Assembly: GCA_944326425.1 (NCBI GenBank)
Contig: CALVDX010000002.1
Coordinates: forward strand, 72,902-136,901
Source of the DNA: Candidatus Gastranaerophilales bacterium
Lineage (GTDB): Bacteria; Cyanobacteriota; Vampirovibrionia; Gastranaerophilales; Gastranaerophilaceae
Reading direction: 5' to 3'
Length of the DNA stretch: 64,000 nucleotides
A model generated the notes under the pieces. It was not told the DNA's origin. It searched no databases and saw nothing but the letters and a program-made list of their open reading frames with translations. Positions 7,123-16,417 of this stretch are shown one piece after another. How positions within the stretch are numbered: position 1 is the stretch's first letter; each line of letters begins with the position of its first letter. A program made the translations under genes and the position numbers.

Positions 7123-7257
7123 ATAAACAAAGGTGTATCACGAGCAAGAAACTCAGTGCAGGGGCACGGGGACACATAGCCCCGAATAAATATTATAGTG
7201 GCAGTAGCCAACTACAAGAATATCCGATAAATATTTTTATTATATAATTAATCTGTT

Positions 7258-7980
7258 ATGGAGATTTGCAATTATCACTCAATACAGACAATGGGGACAC
7301 TGGACGGCCCGGGTATCAGGTATGTACTATTTTTGCAGGGGTGTTGTTTCAGGTGTCTTTTCTGCCATAATCCTGATACATGGTTTGGAAAAGCAAACTC
7401 GATGACTACAGATGAATTCGTGCAGGATGTCTTGAAATACAAAGTATTCTATGACTCATCAGGAGGCGGTGTAACTGTTTCCGGCGGTGAACCATTATTA
7501 CAAATACCTTTTTTGATTGAAGCTTTTAGAAAACTTAAAGAATACAGTATCCACACAGCCATAGACACTTGCGGATATATTGATATTACTGATGAATTAA
7601 AAGAACTTATGAAGTATACAAACCTCGTTATGCTTGATATTAAACATCTTGATAATAATATACACAAAGAACTTACCGGCAAGCCGAATGATAAAGTCCT
7701 TCAATTCCTTGATTTTTTAAAAGAAAATGAGGTGCAAACAAGAATACGCCAGGTCTTAACCCCCGGATACACAATGGAGGATGAGTACATTACAAGCCTG
7801 ATAAAACTGCTGAAAAATTACAAATTGGAAAAAGTAGAACTCCTGCCCTATCATGACATGGCGCAGGATAAATACAAAAAACTCGGACTGGAATACAAGT
7901 TAAATGCCCGCATGCCTTCAAAGGAGGAAGTTGCATTAATTAAAGAAAAATTTATACAGGAAGGTTTTAATACAATATAA
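7258..7980 (+). CDS. pflA: Pyruvate formate-lyase activating enzyme (radical SAM)
   Basis: CX3CX2C cluster (GCCFRCLFCHNPDTW) and typical PflA length and motifs (GGVTVSGGEPLLQ). Confidence 0.9.
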   Translation: MEICNYHSIQTMGTLDGPGIRYVLFLQGCCFRCLFCHNPDTWFGKANSMTTDEFVQDVLKYKVFYDSSGGGVTVSGGEPLLQIPFLIEAFRKLKEYSIHTAIDTCGYIDITDELKELMKYTNLVMLDIKHLDNNIHKELTGKPNDKVLQFLDFLKENEVQTRIRQVLTPGYTMEDEYITSLIKLLKNYKLEKVELLPYHDMAQDKYKKLGLEYKLNARMPSKEEVALIKEKFIQEGFNTI

Positions 7981-8008
7981 AAGGCTCTAAAAATATTTTC
8001 AGAGCCTT
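7981..8008. terminator. Hairpin between convergent pflA and the GH108 gene
   Basis: An 8-bp stem, aaggctct...agagcctt. Confidence 0.4.
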
Positions 8009-8015
8009 TATCATA

Positions 8016-8801
8016 TTATGCCAAGTATTCTTTTTGTCCTCCAAAATTATCAATTCTGGATTCAATCTTATCAATTCTTGCAGTCCATCCTCTGCCAAAA
8101 GTACTCCAGTTTTTCCGTCCCTGCAAAAATGCCAGCCTATTTTCAAGCATTTTTTCAGCATCACCACCGGACTTTGCAAGAAGTTTTTTTGCCCTTGCTA
8201 CACCGCTATGAATTGCTGTATCAAAAACAACATAGGCCAATTCAGCATTCCCGTTTTCGGCTATTTCTTTAGCGCCTGATTTTTCCCAGAACAACTGATG
8301 ATAAACCTGTTTAGCTTCCTCTTTTGTCAAATCCTTGACATTCTTTGATGAAATTTTATTTAATTCACAGTACCAGTCATAAGTTCTCTGCGTAACACCC
8401 ATATTAGTTGCACCGCCCGGATCTTTAGGGTGGTTTACATACCCGCCTTCATCCTTAAAAACATATTCCATTATCGCATCAAATGCCTGCCCTGCATCAA
8501 TATTTGTTGTCCTATCCTGCTTAACAGTACCGGTTCCGGGGATATTGAGAGGGGCCAGCTGTGTTTGCGGAGGCATTAAAACATACCGCATACTATCTAG
8601 CTGCTTTTTGAGGTTAGCAACAATATTATTAAACATATCCATCGAAGTAGTTTGCGGTTGAACAATCGTCTGGTTAATTTCAGTCCCAAAATTCAACAAC
8701 GGCAATTGAGTTTGCAGCATCGGATTATTTATCGCCATACTATCAACTACATAAGCTGTATCCATCGGTTTTATTGCAACATTATAATCATTGCCTGCCA
8801 T
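8016..8801 (-). CDS. GH108-type lysozyme-like protein (COG3926-like) with a ~110-aa N-terminal extension
   Basis: The segment FKDEGGYVNHPKDPGGATNMGVTQRTY matches the GH108 N-terminal signature as I remember it. No signal peptide is visible. Confidence 0.65.
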   Translation of the reverse strand: MAGNDYNVAIKPMDTAYVVDSMAINNPMLQTQLPLLNFGTEINQTIVQPQTTSMDMFNNIVANLKKQLDSMRYVLMPPQTQLAPLNIPGTGTVKQDRTTNIDAGQAFDAIMEYVFKDEGGYVNHPKDPGGATNMGVTQRTYDWYCELNKISSKNVKDLTKEEAKQVYHQLFWEKSGAKEIAENGNAELAYVVFDTAIHSGVARAKKLLAKSGGDAEKMLENRLAFLQGRKNWSTFGRGWTARIDKIESRIDNFGGQKEYLA

Positions 8802-8913
8802 AGTATTCTCCTTGTGTTATTTATATAAAGCATTTTTTTTACAAAAAATTGCTTTTTTGTTACATTTCTTTATATTCAGTCAATTTTTTTCCTGTAAAAT
8901 TTTTTATATAAAT

Positions 8914-10833
8914 ATGGAAGGTATTAGTGTCAGACAGTACGCTTTAAACAAGCGAAACAATATCAATATGAAAAGCGCCGCAGAGAGTAGTACAAGCGGC
9001 ATTGAAACTGTTGCTTCAGGCATTAATACCCAAACGCCTGTAACCGATACTATAACCCTTGAAAACAACGGCGAAACCAATAATAAAAAGAAACTAAAAA
9101 ATATCTTGATTGGCAGCGGTATTGCACTCGTTGCAGGCAGTTATGCGGCAGTATTCTACAGAAAAAATATCATGGAGTTTGTATCAAACTTCATTAAAAA
9201 AGGATATTTAAAGGCTGACACTATTAAGAACAGAACTCACCAAACAGGAACCTTCTTAGAGGCCACATACATTAAAGCTGCACGTTTTCTGGACAAAACA
9301 CTAATGCAATCCCAAATATTTGTAAATTTTTCCGCAATGAAGGACAGCTTTGTAAATAAAGTTGCTCGCACCTTAAAACTCGGTAAACTCTGCGATAAAA
9401 TGACACAAACCTGGGACAGGCTTGCTACTAATGCTGTTATTTCAAATTACAGAAAATGTAATAAATCATTTGATAAAACAAGTACAACTATTTTCAACAA
9501 ACTGGAGGAGCTTAGAAATACTGAAGATTTATCAAGAATTGTAGTCGTTGATGGTAAAAATTACACAGTCGGGGAAGTTCTGAATACAATACGCAAAAAT
9601 ATATCAGAAGCACACAGAATGTACGGGCAGAACTTCTCTGAAGAAGCCTTCTATTCAAGAAAACAAATACTTGCAGACAGGCTGAAAGGTGTAAATGAAA
9701 AGTTCTACGATGCCTACACATCAAGAGAATATTACAAGAAAGGCGAGTTTACACGCTTCACCGTTGAAGAATGGCTTGCCCCGATTAAAGCAGCCTATCA
9801 GGATTACTTACTAAAAAACAAATCAGCTATTTCTAATAATATTGATGATAAATTCTTTGCAACATATAAACTTGTTAAAAACTTTGATAAAATAATTGCA
9901 CCGCAGGATACAAAATCCCGCGCAATACTGAAAAATATATTTAAAGAATTAAAAGAATACAGAAATCTCTCAGGGATAGATGAGAGTATAGCAAGAGAAA
10001 AACTTACCAAAGGTATTGAATTAAAAATTCAAGCCATTATCTCACAAATGAAAGACAACCCGATTTACAAGGAAAAAGCATTTAATGAGATATCCGGCCT
10101 TGCAGAAAACATTAAAAATACAATCAATGCCGGTCAAAAAGGCAAATTACAGGAAACACTGACATACTTAAAAGCCGTACTTCCGCGGAATGAATATTTA
10201 GAAATAAGAAGGCAGGTTTACAAAACATCTGATAAATTAAACAAAATAACAACTGCAGAAGGTGATTTATATTTTGATAAATTAAGAGATATAACCCTGG
10301 GCTCTGCATTAACTGATATAACCTTTGGTATTATTTCACCATTGGCGATGATGGGAGTTGCAATTGCCGCAGATGATACTACCGATGAAAGAATTTCAAC
10401 GACCTTAAAACTCGGCATTCCCCTTCTTGGTGGTGTTGCGACATCAACGGCTCTCCTGTTCATGCTGGTAGCAGGCGGTAAAGCAATGGCACTTGCAGCC
10501 CTCTCTTCATTAATACTTAACAGGATAGGTACTGCCGCTGATAACGTACTTAAGACTCATCAGGAAGAAAAAAATCCAAAACTCAATTCACTGGTAAACA
10601 ATATCAATACTTCGTCAACTTTTCTTGCTTCCGGCGGAACATCATATTTCATAAACCAGGCGGCGGATAAAAGCCTTAGAACGGCAGAACATTATGCAAA
10701 CGATAAAATAATAAAGAAACTGCCTATCTATAAAAACCAGAATACAGCAAATACACCACAGCCTGAGCAAACATCCGCAAATCTCATCAACGCAAATGCC
10801 GCTGCGGGTGATACAACTAATCAAAAGACTTAA
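8914..10833 (+). CDS. Large hypothetical membrane protein (one N-proximal TM, a long helical middle, C-terminal TMs)
   Basis: A long ORF. The start is uncertain: ATG 8914 or 8968, neither with a clear SD. The tracked start at 8791 overlaps the divergent gene. Confidence 0.5.
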   Translation: MEGISVRQYALNKRNNINMKSAAESSTSGIETVASGINTQTPVTDTITLENNGETNNKKKLKNILIGSGIALVAGSYAAVFYRKNIMEFVSNFIKKGYLKADTIKNRTHQTGTFLEATYIKAARFLDKTLMQSQIFVNFSAMKDSFVNKVARTLKLGKLCDKMTQTWDRLATNAVISNYRKCNKSFDKTSTTIFNKLEELRNTEDLSRIVVVDGKNYTVGEVLNTIRKNISEAHRMYGQNFSEEAFYSRKQILADRLKGVNEKFYDAYTSREYYKKGEFTRFTVEEWLAPIKAAYQDYLLKNKSAISNNIDDKFFATYKLVKNFDKIIAPQDTKSRAILKNIFKELKEYRNLSGIDESIAREKLTKGIELKIQAIISQMKDNPIYKEKAFNEISGLAENIKNTINAGQKGKLQETLTYLKAVLPRNEYLEIRRQVYKTSDKLNKITTAEGDLYFDKLRDITLGSALTDITFGIISPLAMMGVAIAADDTTDERISTTLKLGIPLLGGVATSTALLFMLVAGGKAMALAALSSLILNRIGTAADNVLKTHQEEKNPKLNSLVNNINTSSTFLASGGTSYFINQAADKSLRTAEHYANDKIIKKLPIYKNQNTANTPQPEQTSANLINANAAAGDTTNQKT

Positions 10834-10844
10834 AAATATCTCTG

Positions 10845-11282
10845 CTACTTATTTTGCCCGCTGCGCTCGTTCAAATAAGTATCAAGGACACCCTTAAAGA
10901 GGTTTTCAGAGGACAGATAATAAGGATGGACAGGATGCACAACTTTATCCCGCGGCTCATAAATAAAAACTGCAGGAATGGTCTGTATCCTGAATTTGCT
11001 GCATAGTTTTTCATTTTTGGGAGAATCTACATCAAATTTTACAAAATGATATTGAGCTTTATATTGTTCAGAGATTTTATCGAATTTAGGCATAAACTCT
11101 ATACAGTATTTACAATCGTCACTGTAAAAATATAATACGGAAGGCTCTTTCAGATTATATACATCTTGAAAACCGTAGTTTACTGCACGCGGAGAAACTT
11201 TTTGCGCAAAAACCATATACGACGAACAGGTTATTATAAAAATTCCTAAAACCGCAATTATAATTGTTTTCAATTTTTTCAT
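10845..11282 (-). CDS. Secreted thioredoxin-fold protein
   Basis: N-terminal signal-like TM and a CKYC (CxxC) motif in a thioredoxin-like context. Confidence 0.6.
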   Translation of the reverse strand: MKKLKTIIIAVLGIFIITCSSYMVFAQKVSPRAVNYGFQDVYNLKEPSVLYFYSDDCKYCIEFMPKFDKISEQYKAQYHFVKFDVDSPKNEKLCSKFRIQTIPAVFIYEPRDKVVHPVHPYYLSSENLFKGVLDTYLNERSGQNK

Positions 11283-12514
11283 AAAATAGCACCTTTCGGG
11301 ACAACAGTTACTCCGCCCGGAGAAACATAAAATCCTCTTTTTTCATCTTCTTCCTTATTAAAACCGATTTTTGTATATGGCGGAATTGAAACGTTCTTAT
11401 CAATAATAGCTCTTCTTATTTCGGAATATCTTCCGACATTAACATCCTCCATAAGAATACTTTCCGTAACTTGGGAATAGCTGTTGATTCTCACCTTGGG
11501 AGAGAGTATGCACTTGGAAATTATACCGCCGGAAACAATACACCCTTCTGACACCATAGAATTTGTCGCCATACCAACCCTATCCCCCTCCTGCCAGATA
11601 AATTTTGCCGGAGGGTAATTGTAATTAAAAGTCCGTAACGGCCACTTATCAGAATATAAGTTCAATTCCGGATTAGCAACCAATAAATCCATATTTGCCT
11701 GCCAGTACGCATCAACACAGCCTACATCGCGCCAATAACCACGCTCACCTTCAGTCATGCCGGCAAATTTGTTTAAATGAAAATTATAAATATATATATT
11801 TTTACCTTGATTTAATAACATCGGAATAACATTTTTTCCGAAATCATGATTGGATGTTTCTATTTTAGAATCCTCAACAAGTGCATTAAGAAGAATATCT
11901 TTTTTAAAAATATAATTTCCCATAGAAGCAAGACACATATCAGGATTATCCGGCATAGGCTTTGGTGAATACTGCGGTTTCTCAACAAAATTTGTGAGCC
12001 GCCAGTTGTCATCGACTTCAATAATCCCGAATTCGGAAGCTTCGGAGATAGGAATAGGAATGGCCGAAATTGTTAAATCGGCATTATTTTTTTTATGAAA
12101 ATGCAGCATTTGCGATACATCCATTTTGTAAATATGATCACCGCCAAATACACACACATATTTAGGATCTTCATCATTGATATGAAACATATTCTGATAA
12201 ACTGCATCAGCAGTTCCCTGATACCAGGCTCCTCCCGTTCTCATCTGCGCCGGGACTAAATCCACATACTGGTTAATATGCGGCGAAAGCGGCCAGCCGC
12301 GGGAAATATGTTTGTTTAAAGAATCCGACTTATACTGTGTCAAAACTTTTATTTTATAAAAACCGGAATTTATAAAATTATTGAGCACAAAATCAATAAT
12401 CCTGTACCTTCCACCAAATGGCACCGCCGGTTTTGCCCTGTCTTTGGTTAACGGATAAAGCCTTTTCCCCTCACCGCCTGCAAGTATCATAACCAAAGCA
12501 TTATCTTGTGTCAT
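11279..12514 (-). CDS. glgC: Glucose-1-phosphate adenylyltransferase
   Basis: ILAGGEGKRLYPLTKDRAKPAVPFGGRYRIIDFVLNN... together with a C-terminal left-handed beta-helix region. Confidence 0.9.
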   Translation of the reverse strand: MTQDNALVMILAGGEGKRLYPLTKDRAKPAVPFGGRYRIIDFVLNNFINSGFYKIKVLTQYKSDSLNKHISRGWPLSPHINQYVDLVPAQMRTGGAWYQGTADAVYQNMFHINDEDPKYVCVFGGDHIYKMDVSQMLHFHKKNNADLTISAIPIPISEASEFGIIEVDDNWRLTNFVEKPQYSPKPMPDNPDMCLASMGNYIFKKDILLNALVEDSKIETSNHDFGKNVIPMLLNQGKNIYIYNFHLNKFAGMTEGERGYWRDVGCVDAYWQANMDLLVANPELNLYSDKWPLRTFNYNYPPAKFIWQEGDRVGMATNSMVSEGCIVSGGIISKCILSPKVRINSYSQVTESILMEDVNVGRYSEIRRAIIDKNVSIPPYTKIGFNKEEDEKRGFYVSPGGVTVVPKGAIL

Positions 12515-12609
12515 AAATTTTCCCGTCCCAGTTTATTCTCTCTTTATTTATAGTTTAACAAATAAGACATATTTTTTCACTAAATAATTAAAAAATATAA
12601 CATCATTTT

Positions 12610-13953
12610 TTAACCATCCGTTTTATGAGCGGATTTATGAAGCCGCTGAATTTTCAGTTTTACAATTCTTGAAGAATCCGTTTTGGTCACACAATACTTA
12701 AAATAATCATCTGTAATTTCGTCTTTCTCTTTGGCTATTCTTCCGAATTTTTTTATAAAATACCCGCCAATTGTGTTAATATCTTCATCGTCATCAAGCT
12801 GCACATTAAACATATCGCAAAATTCATCAGTCCGCATTTTACCGCATATTTCGTAAACATCCTCTGATATTTTTCTAACTTCTACTTCTTCATCATCAAA
12901 CTCATCCTGAACTTCGCCAAATATTTCCTCAAGAACATCTTCGTGAGTTATTAACCCGCTTGTACCGCCAAATTCATCTACAACAATAGCCATCTGGACG
13001 TGACGCTGCTGGAATTCTATTGCAAGTTTTTCAACAGCCATTGTTTCAGGAACATAGTAAACCTCTCTCAATAAAGGTTTAATATCTATTTCCTGACCGG
13101 TAATAATATGAGGATAAAGGTCTTTAATATGCAAAATACCTGCAATATGATCAAGATCACTATCATAAACAGGATATCTGGTATATTTATTTTCCACAAT
13201 AATTTTATGAACCTCTTGGGTTGAAGCATTCAGCGGTATACAAACCATATCCGGACGCGGCAGCATAATCTGGTTTACAGAGAGTTCCGAGAATTTAAAA
13301 ACATTTTGAAGCATTTCAGCTTCTTTAGCATTCAAAGCCCCGCCCTTATAACTTGCATCTATAAGCATGTTCAGTTCTTCTGCAGAGTGTGCCGCAGAAT
13401 GCTGCTGTGCAGGCTCTATACCGCACAGCCTTAAAAGCAATGCACCCAATCCGTTTAAAAGGTACACGAATGGAGAAAATAATCTTGTTATAACATACAT
13501 AGGCTTTGCAACCCATAGTGTTGTTTTTATAGGAAACTGCAGCGCAATTGATTTTGGCATAAGTTCACCAATAACAACGTGCATAACTGTAATTACGGCA
13601 AATGCTATTGCCGCAGATATAGTATGGGCAGCGATAGAATCATAATTAGCCGGCAAGAATTTAAATAACGGAATAATCAAACGAGCCAAAGCAGATTCCC
13701 CGACCCACCCGATACCAAGACTGGCAACCGTAATTCCCAACTGAATGGCGGCAATATATTTATCCAAATTCTTTACTGCATCCAAAGCAAGCTTTGCATC
13801 AAAATTCCCTTCGTTTGAAAGCTGCTTTATTCTAGTTTTTCTTACCCCCACCAATGCAAATTCTGCCGCAACAAAAAAACCGTTTAAAAATAATAAAAAG
13901 ATTATCACTACTAAATCAAATAAGAGTTTTATATCCAAAAGCATGTCTCTCAA
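12610..13953 (-). CDS. HlyC/CorC (CNNM) family transporter: DUF21 TM domain, CBS pair and CorC_HlyC domain
   Basis: Typical architecture and motifs (VGELMPK...; CBS region; C-terminal transporter-associated domain). Confidence 0.8.
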   Translation of the reverse strand: MRDMLLDIKLLFDLVVIIFLLFLNGFFVAAEFALVGVRKTRIKQLSNEGNFDAKLALDAVKNLDKYIAAIQLGITVASLGIGWVGESALARLIIPLFKFLPANYDSIAAHTISAAIAFAVITVMHVVIGELMPKSIALQFPIKTTLWVAKPMYVITRLFSPFVYLLNGLGALLLRLCGIEPAQQHSAAHSAEELNMLIDASYKGGALNAKEAEMLQNVFKFSELSVNQIMLPRPDMVCIPLNASTQEVHKIIVENKYTRYPVYDSDLDHIAGILHIKDLYPHIITGQEIDIKPLLREVYYVPETMAVEKLAIEFQQRHVQMAIVVDEFGGTSGLITHEDVLEEIFGEVQDEFDDEEVEVRKISEDVYEICGKMRTDEFCDMFNVQLDDDEDINTIGGYFIKKFGRIAKEKDEITDDYFKYCVTKTDSSRIVKLKIQRLHKSAHKTDG

Positions 13954-14010
13954 TTACGTATTCCGGTTATTACAGAATACTATAAATTATAAAAGTTTTC
14001 AATAATAATA

Positions 14011-14910
14011 TTAATTTGACGCTTTGAGTTCCTTATCAAGATATTTTTGGAGAAGTTCGATTAAGCCGCCGTATTCTTCTTTTGAGAGCTTTTCAATTTC
14101 TTTATAATTATTAGCATATTTGTCTTGTACGGCTAGACTGCCGTTTTTATCCAGAGTAAAATCAAAACTTATATTATTCATCCGTACTCCCGGAGTATAG
14201 AAGGCAGCATATTTTAAACGTCCATCTTTATCCGCCTGAACATATAAATGTGCTTCTGTCTGAGAGTATGGGCCGTCTGATTTTTTAACAATATGCAAAG
14301 CAGAAGGTTGAACAGGCGAATATGTATAAGATTTTTCAATGACCATAGACTTTTCATCCGGATTTGAAAGCAATTCCTGCCAGTATTTTACACCGGCCTT
14401 ACCATGTTCAATTTTAAGTTGTTCCGGAATTTTCTTTATTAAACTCAGACGGTAAAGCTGGCGTTGGCCATACGTCGCAGCCGGATCCTGCAATTCAATA
14501 ATCTCTTTTATTTTAGAAGCTGATTCTGCAGCCATTTCCGCTCCGCTTTTTTCAACAACCCGGGGCGTTGTGACTTTTCCCGGACCACCTTCAAACCAAT
14601 CACCAACATAACATGGCTTACTCCTCACCGGCAAGTCTTCCGGAAGGTAAATGACGTCATGCTCTTTTATATCATTTATAGACTCAAGTGAATCCTTATT
14701 ATTGAGTTTAGCAATTTTATACATCATTTCTTGTACTTCTGCATTGGAAGCATCCTTATTTTTCAAGTGATCTTTGGCAATATTCCATAAACTTTCCCCT
14801 TTTCTAACAATATGACTTGATCTGCCAACATTAGAGACATCAACTGAAGCGTATTTTGTATCATAATACCAGCTGTTTTCTTTTGTAGAGACCTCGGACA
14901 TAAATGACAT
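14011..14910 (-). CDS. LysM-like domain protein, otherwise unknown
   Basis: HIVRKGESLWNIAKDHL...DVIYLP resembles a LysM fold with an insertion. No signal peptide is visible. Confidence 0.5.
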   Translation of the reverse strand: MSFMSEVSTKENSWYYDTKYASVDVSNVGRSSHIVRKGESLWNIAKDHLKNKDASNAEVQEMMYKIAKLNNKDSLESINDIKEHDVIYLPEDLPVRSKPCYVGDWFEGGPGKVTTPRVVEKSGAEMAAESASKIKEIIELQDPAATYGQRQLYRLSLIKKIPEQLKIEHGKAGVKYWQELLSNPDEKSMVIEKSYTYSPVQPSALHIVKKSDGPYSQTEAHLYVQADKDGRLKYAAFYTPGVRMNNISFDFTLDKNGSLAVQDKYANNYKEIEKLSKEEYGGLIELLQKYLDKELKASN

Positions 14911-15061
14911 ATAATTCCCCCTTATTTCCTTATATTTTTATAAAGAACTTTGGGAAGAAAAAATTGCCTTTTTGTAAACATTCTTTACAGAATCAAGTAT
15001 TTATTTTCTAAAATACCACACATTAAACTAATATAACTATAAAAATTGCCGCAGCAGAAAA

Positions 15062-16414
15062 TCATTTACCAATACAAAAATTATCAAAAATATTATTCAA
15101 AATATTATCGGTAATAACCTCGCCGCTAAGTTCATCAAGTGCAATAACAGCAGATTTAACATCTATTGATATCAGGTCTTGTAATTCTCTGTATTCAGCA
15201 GCCAAAAGAGCTCTGGACAGAGCCTCGCGTGCACGCTGCAAACAATGCTGCTGCCTTATATTTGTAACGTAATCAATGTCCTCGCAATTTATATTACAAA
15301 CCTTTGATTTAATAAGGCTTTTAAGTTCATCAAGTCCTTTCCCTGTTTTTGCAGAAACATTTATTACACCAGTTTCACTCTCAGCGCAGGATGCTATATC
15401 GGACTTATTAGCACATATTATACATTTATCCGGCGATATCATATCTAAAATCTGTTTATCCTCTTCCATAACCCCCTGAGATGCATCATAAACAAAAATT
15501 ACACATTCCGACTCATCAAGTGTTTGTTTTGAGTATTCAATTCCGATTTGTTCAACCTTATCAATTTCGTTATCAGAACGAATTCCTGCAGTATCAACAA
15601 GCGTAACGGGAATACCTAAATCAAGTGTTTCCTTTATAACATCCCGCGTTGTTCCGGCAATTTCCGTAACAATTGCACGGTCAAGATTTAAAAGAGCATT
15701 AAACAATGAAGATTTACCGACATTGGGTTTGCCGGCAACAGACACCGTTATTCCCTGACGCATTATATTTGAGTTTTTCGCACCTTCAAGAATTTTATCA
15801 ATTTCATTTATATACTTCTTAAATTCATCCGCCAGATAATCATATTCCGGCTCTTTAACATCCTCAGGGAAATCAATTCCTGCAATAATTTTTGACAGAA
15901 CATCAACAATACCTTGTTTTATCTCTGCAATTTTAATTGACAATGCTCCTTTAAGGTTTTTAGAGGAAGGAATAACAAAGTCTTTTGTTTTTGAATGAAT
16001 TAAATCCGCTACAGCCTCTGCCTGAGCAAGATCAAGTTTCTTATTCAAAAATGCACGCTTTGTAAACTCACCTCTTTCAGCAAGTCTTGCACCGTTCTTA
16101 AGAATAATATCAAGGATAGAATCCACTACATTAATCCCGCCATGGCACTGAACTTCAAAAACATTTTCGCCGGTATAGCTATTGGGTTCAAAAAACGGAA
16201 GAACAATAACCTCATCAAGAATATTTTTACCGTCATTAATAACACCGTGATAAAAATGAGACGGCTTGAAGTTTTTTACATCTGTTTTCCCTTTAAAAAT
16301 CTTCCTAAGAATATCAAATGCCCTGCTGCCCGATACCCGAATTACACCTACACCGCCTGTACCAAACGGGGTAGAAACGGCAGCAATTGTATCAAACTCA
16401 TCAAGAATATTCAT
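15062..16414 (-). CDS. mnmE: tRNA modification GTPase MnmE
   Basis: G domain (GKPNVGKSSL, DTAG) and the C-terminal CIGK motif. Confidence 0.95.
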   Translation of the reverse strand: MNILDEFDTIAAVSTPFGTGGVGVIRVSGSRAFDILRKIFKGKTDVKNFKPSHFYHGVINDGKNILDEVIVLPFFEPNSYTGENVFEVQCHGGINVVDSILDIILKNGARLAERGEFTKRAFLNKKLDLAQAEAVADLIHSKTKDFVIPSSKNLKGALSIKIAEIKQGIVDVLSKIIAGIDFPEDVKEPEYDYLADEFKKYINEIDKILEGAKNSNIMRQGITVSVAGKPNVGKSSLFNALLNLDRAIVTEIAGTTRDVIKETLDLGIPVTLVDTAGIRSDNEIDKVEQIGIEYSKQTLDESECVIFVYDASQGVMEEDKQILDMISPDKCIICANKSDIASCAESETGVINVSAKTGKGLDELKSLIKSKVCNINCEDIDYVTNIRQQHCLQRAREALSRALLAAEYRELQDLISIDVKSAVIALDELSGEVITDNILNNIFDNFCIGK

Positions 16415-16417
16415 TTT

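Noticed and set aside
14937-14991. The GGCAAT element as a sigma54 (-24 TGGCAC / -12 TTGC) or sigma28 (TAAA-N15-GCCGATAA) promoter.
   Set aside because: No GC dinucleotide occurs at the -12-equivalent spacing after the GG. The sequences downstream of TAAA do not resemble GCCGATAA. The spacing to the AT-rich hexamer (20 nt) fits neither model.
14971-14991. TGTAAAGAATGTTTACA as an NtcA/CRP-type palindrome (GTA-N8-TAC).
   Set aside because: The spacing is N9 rather than N8, and the other loci show direct rather than inverted repeats.
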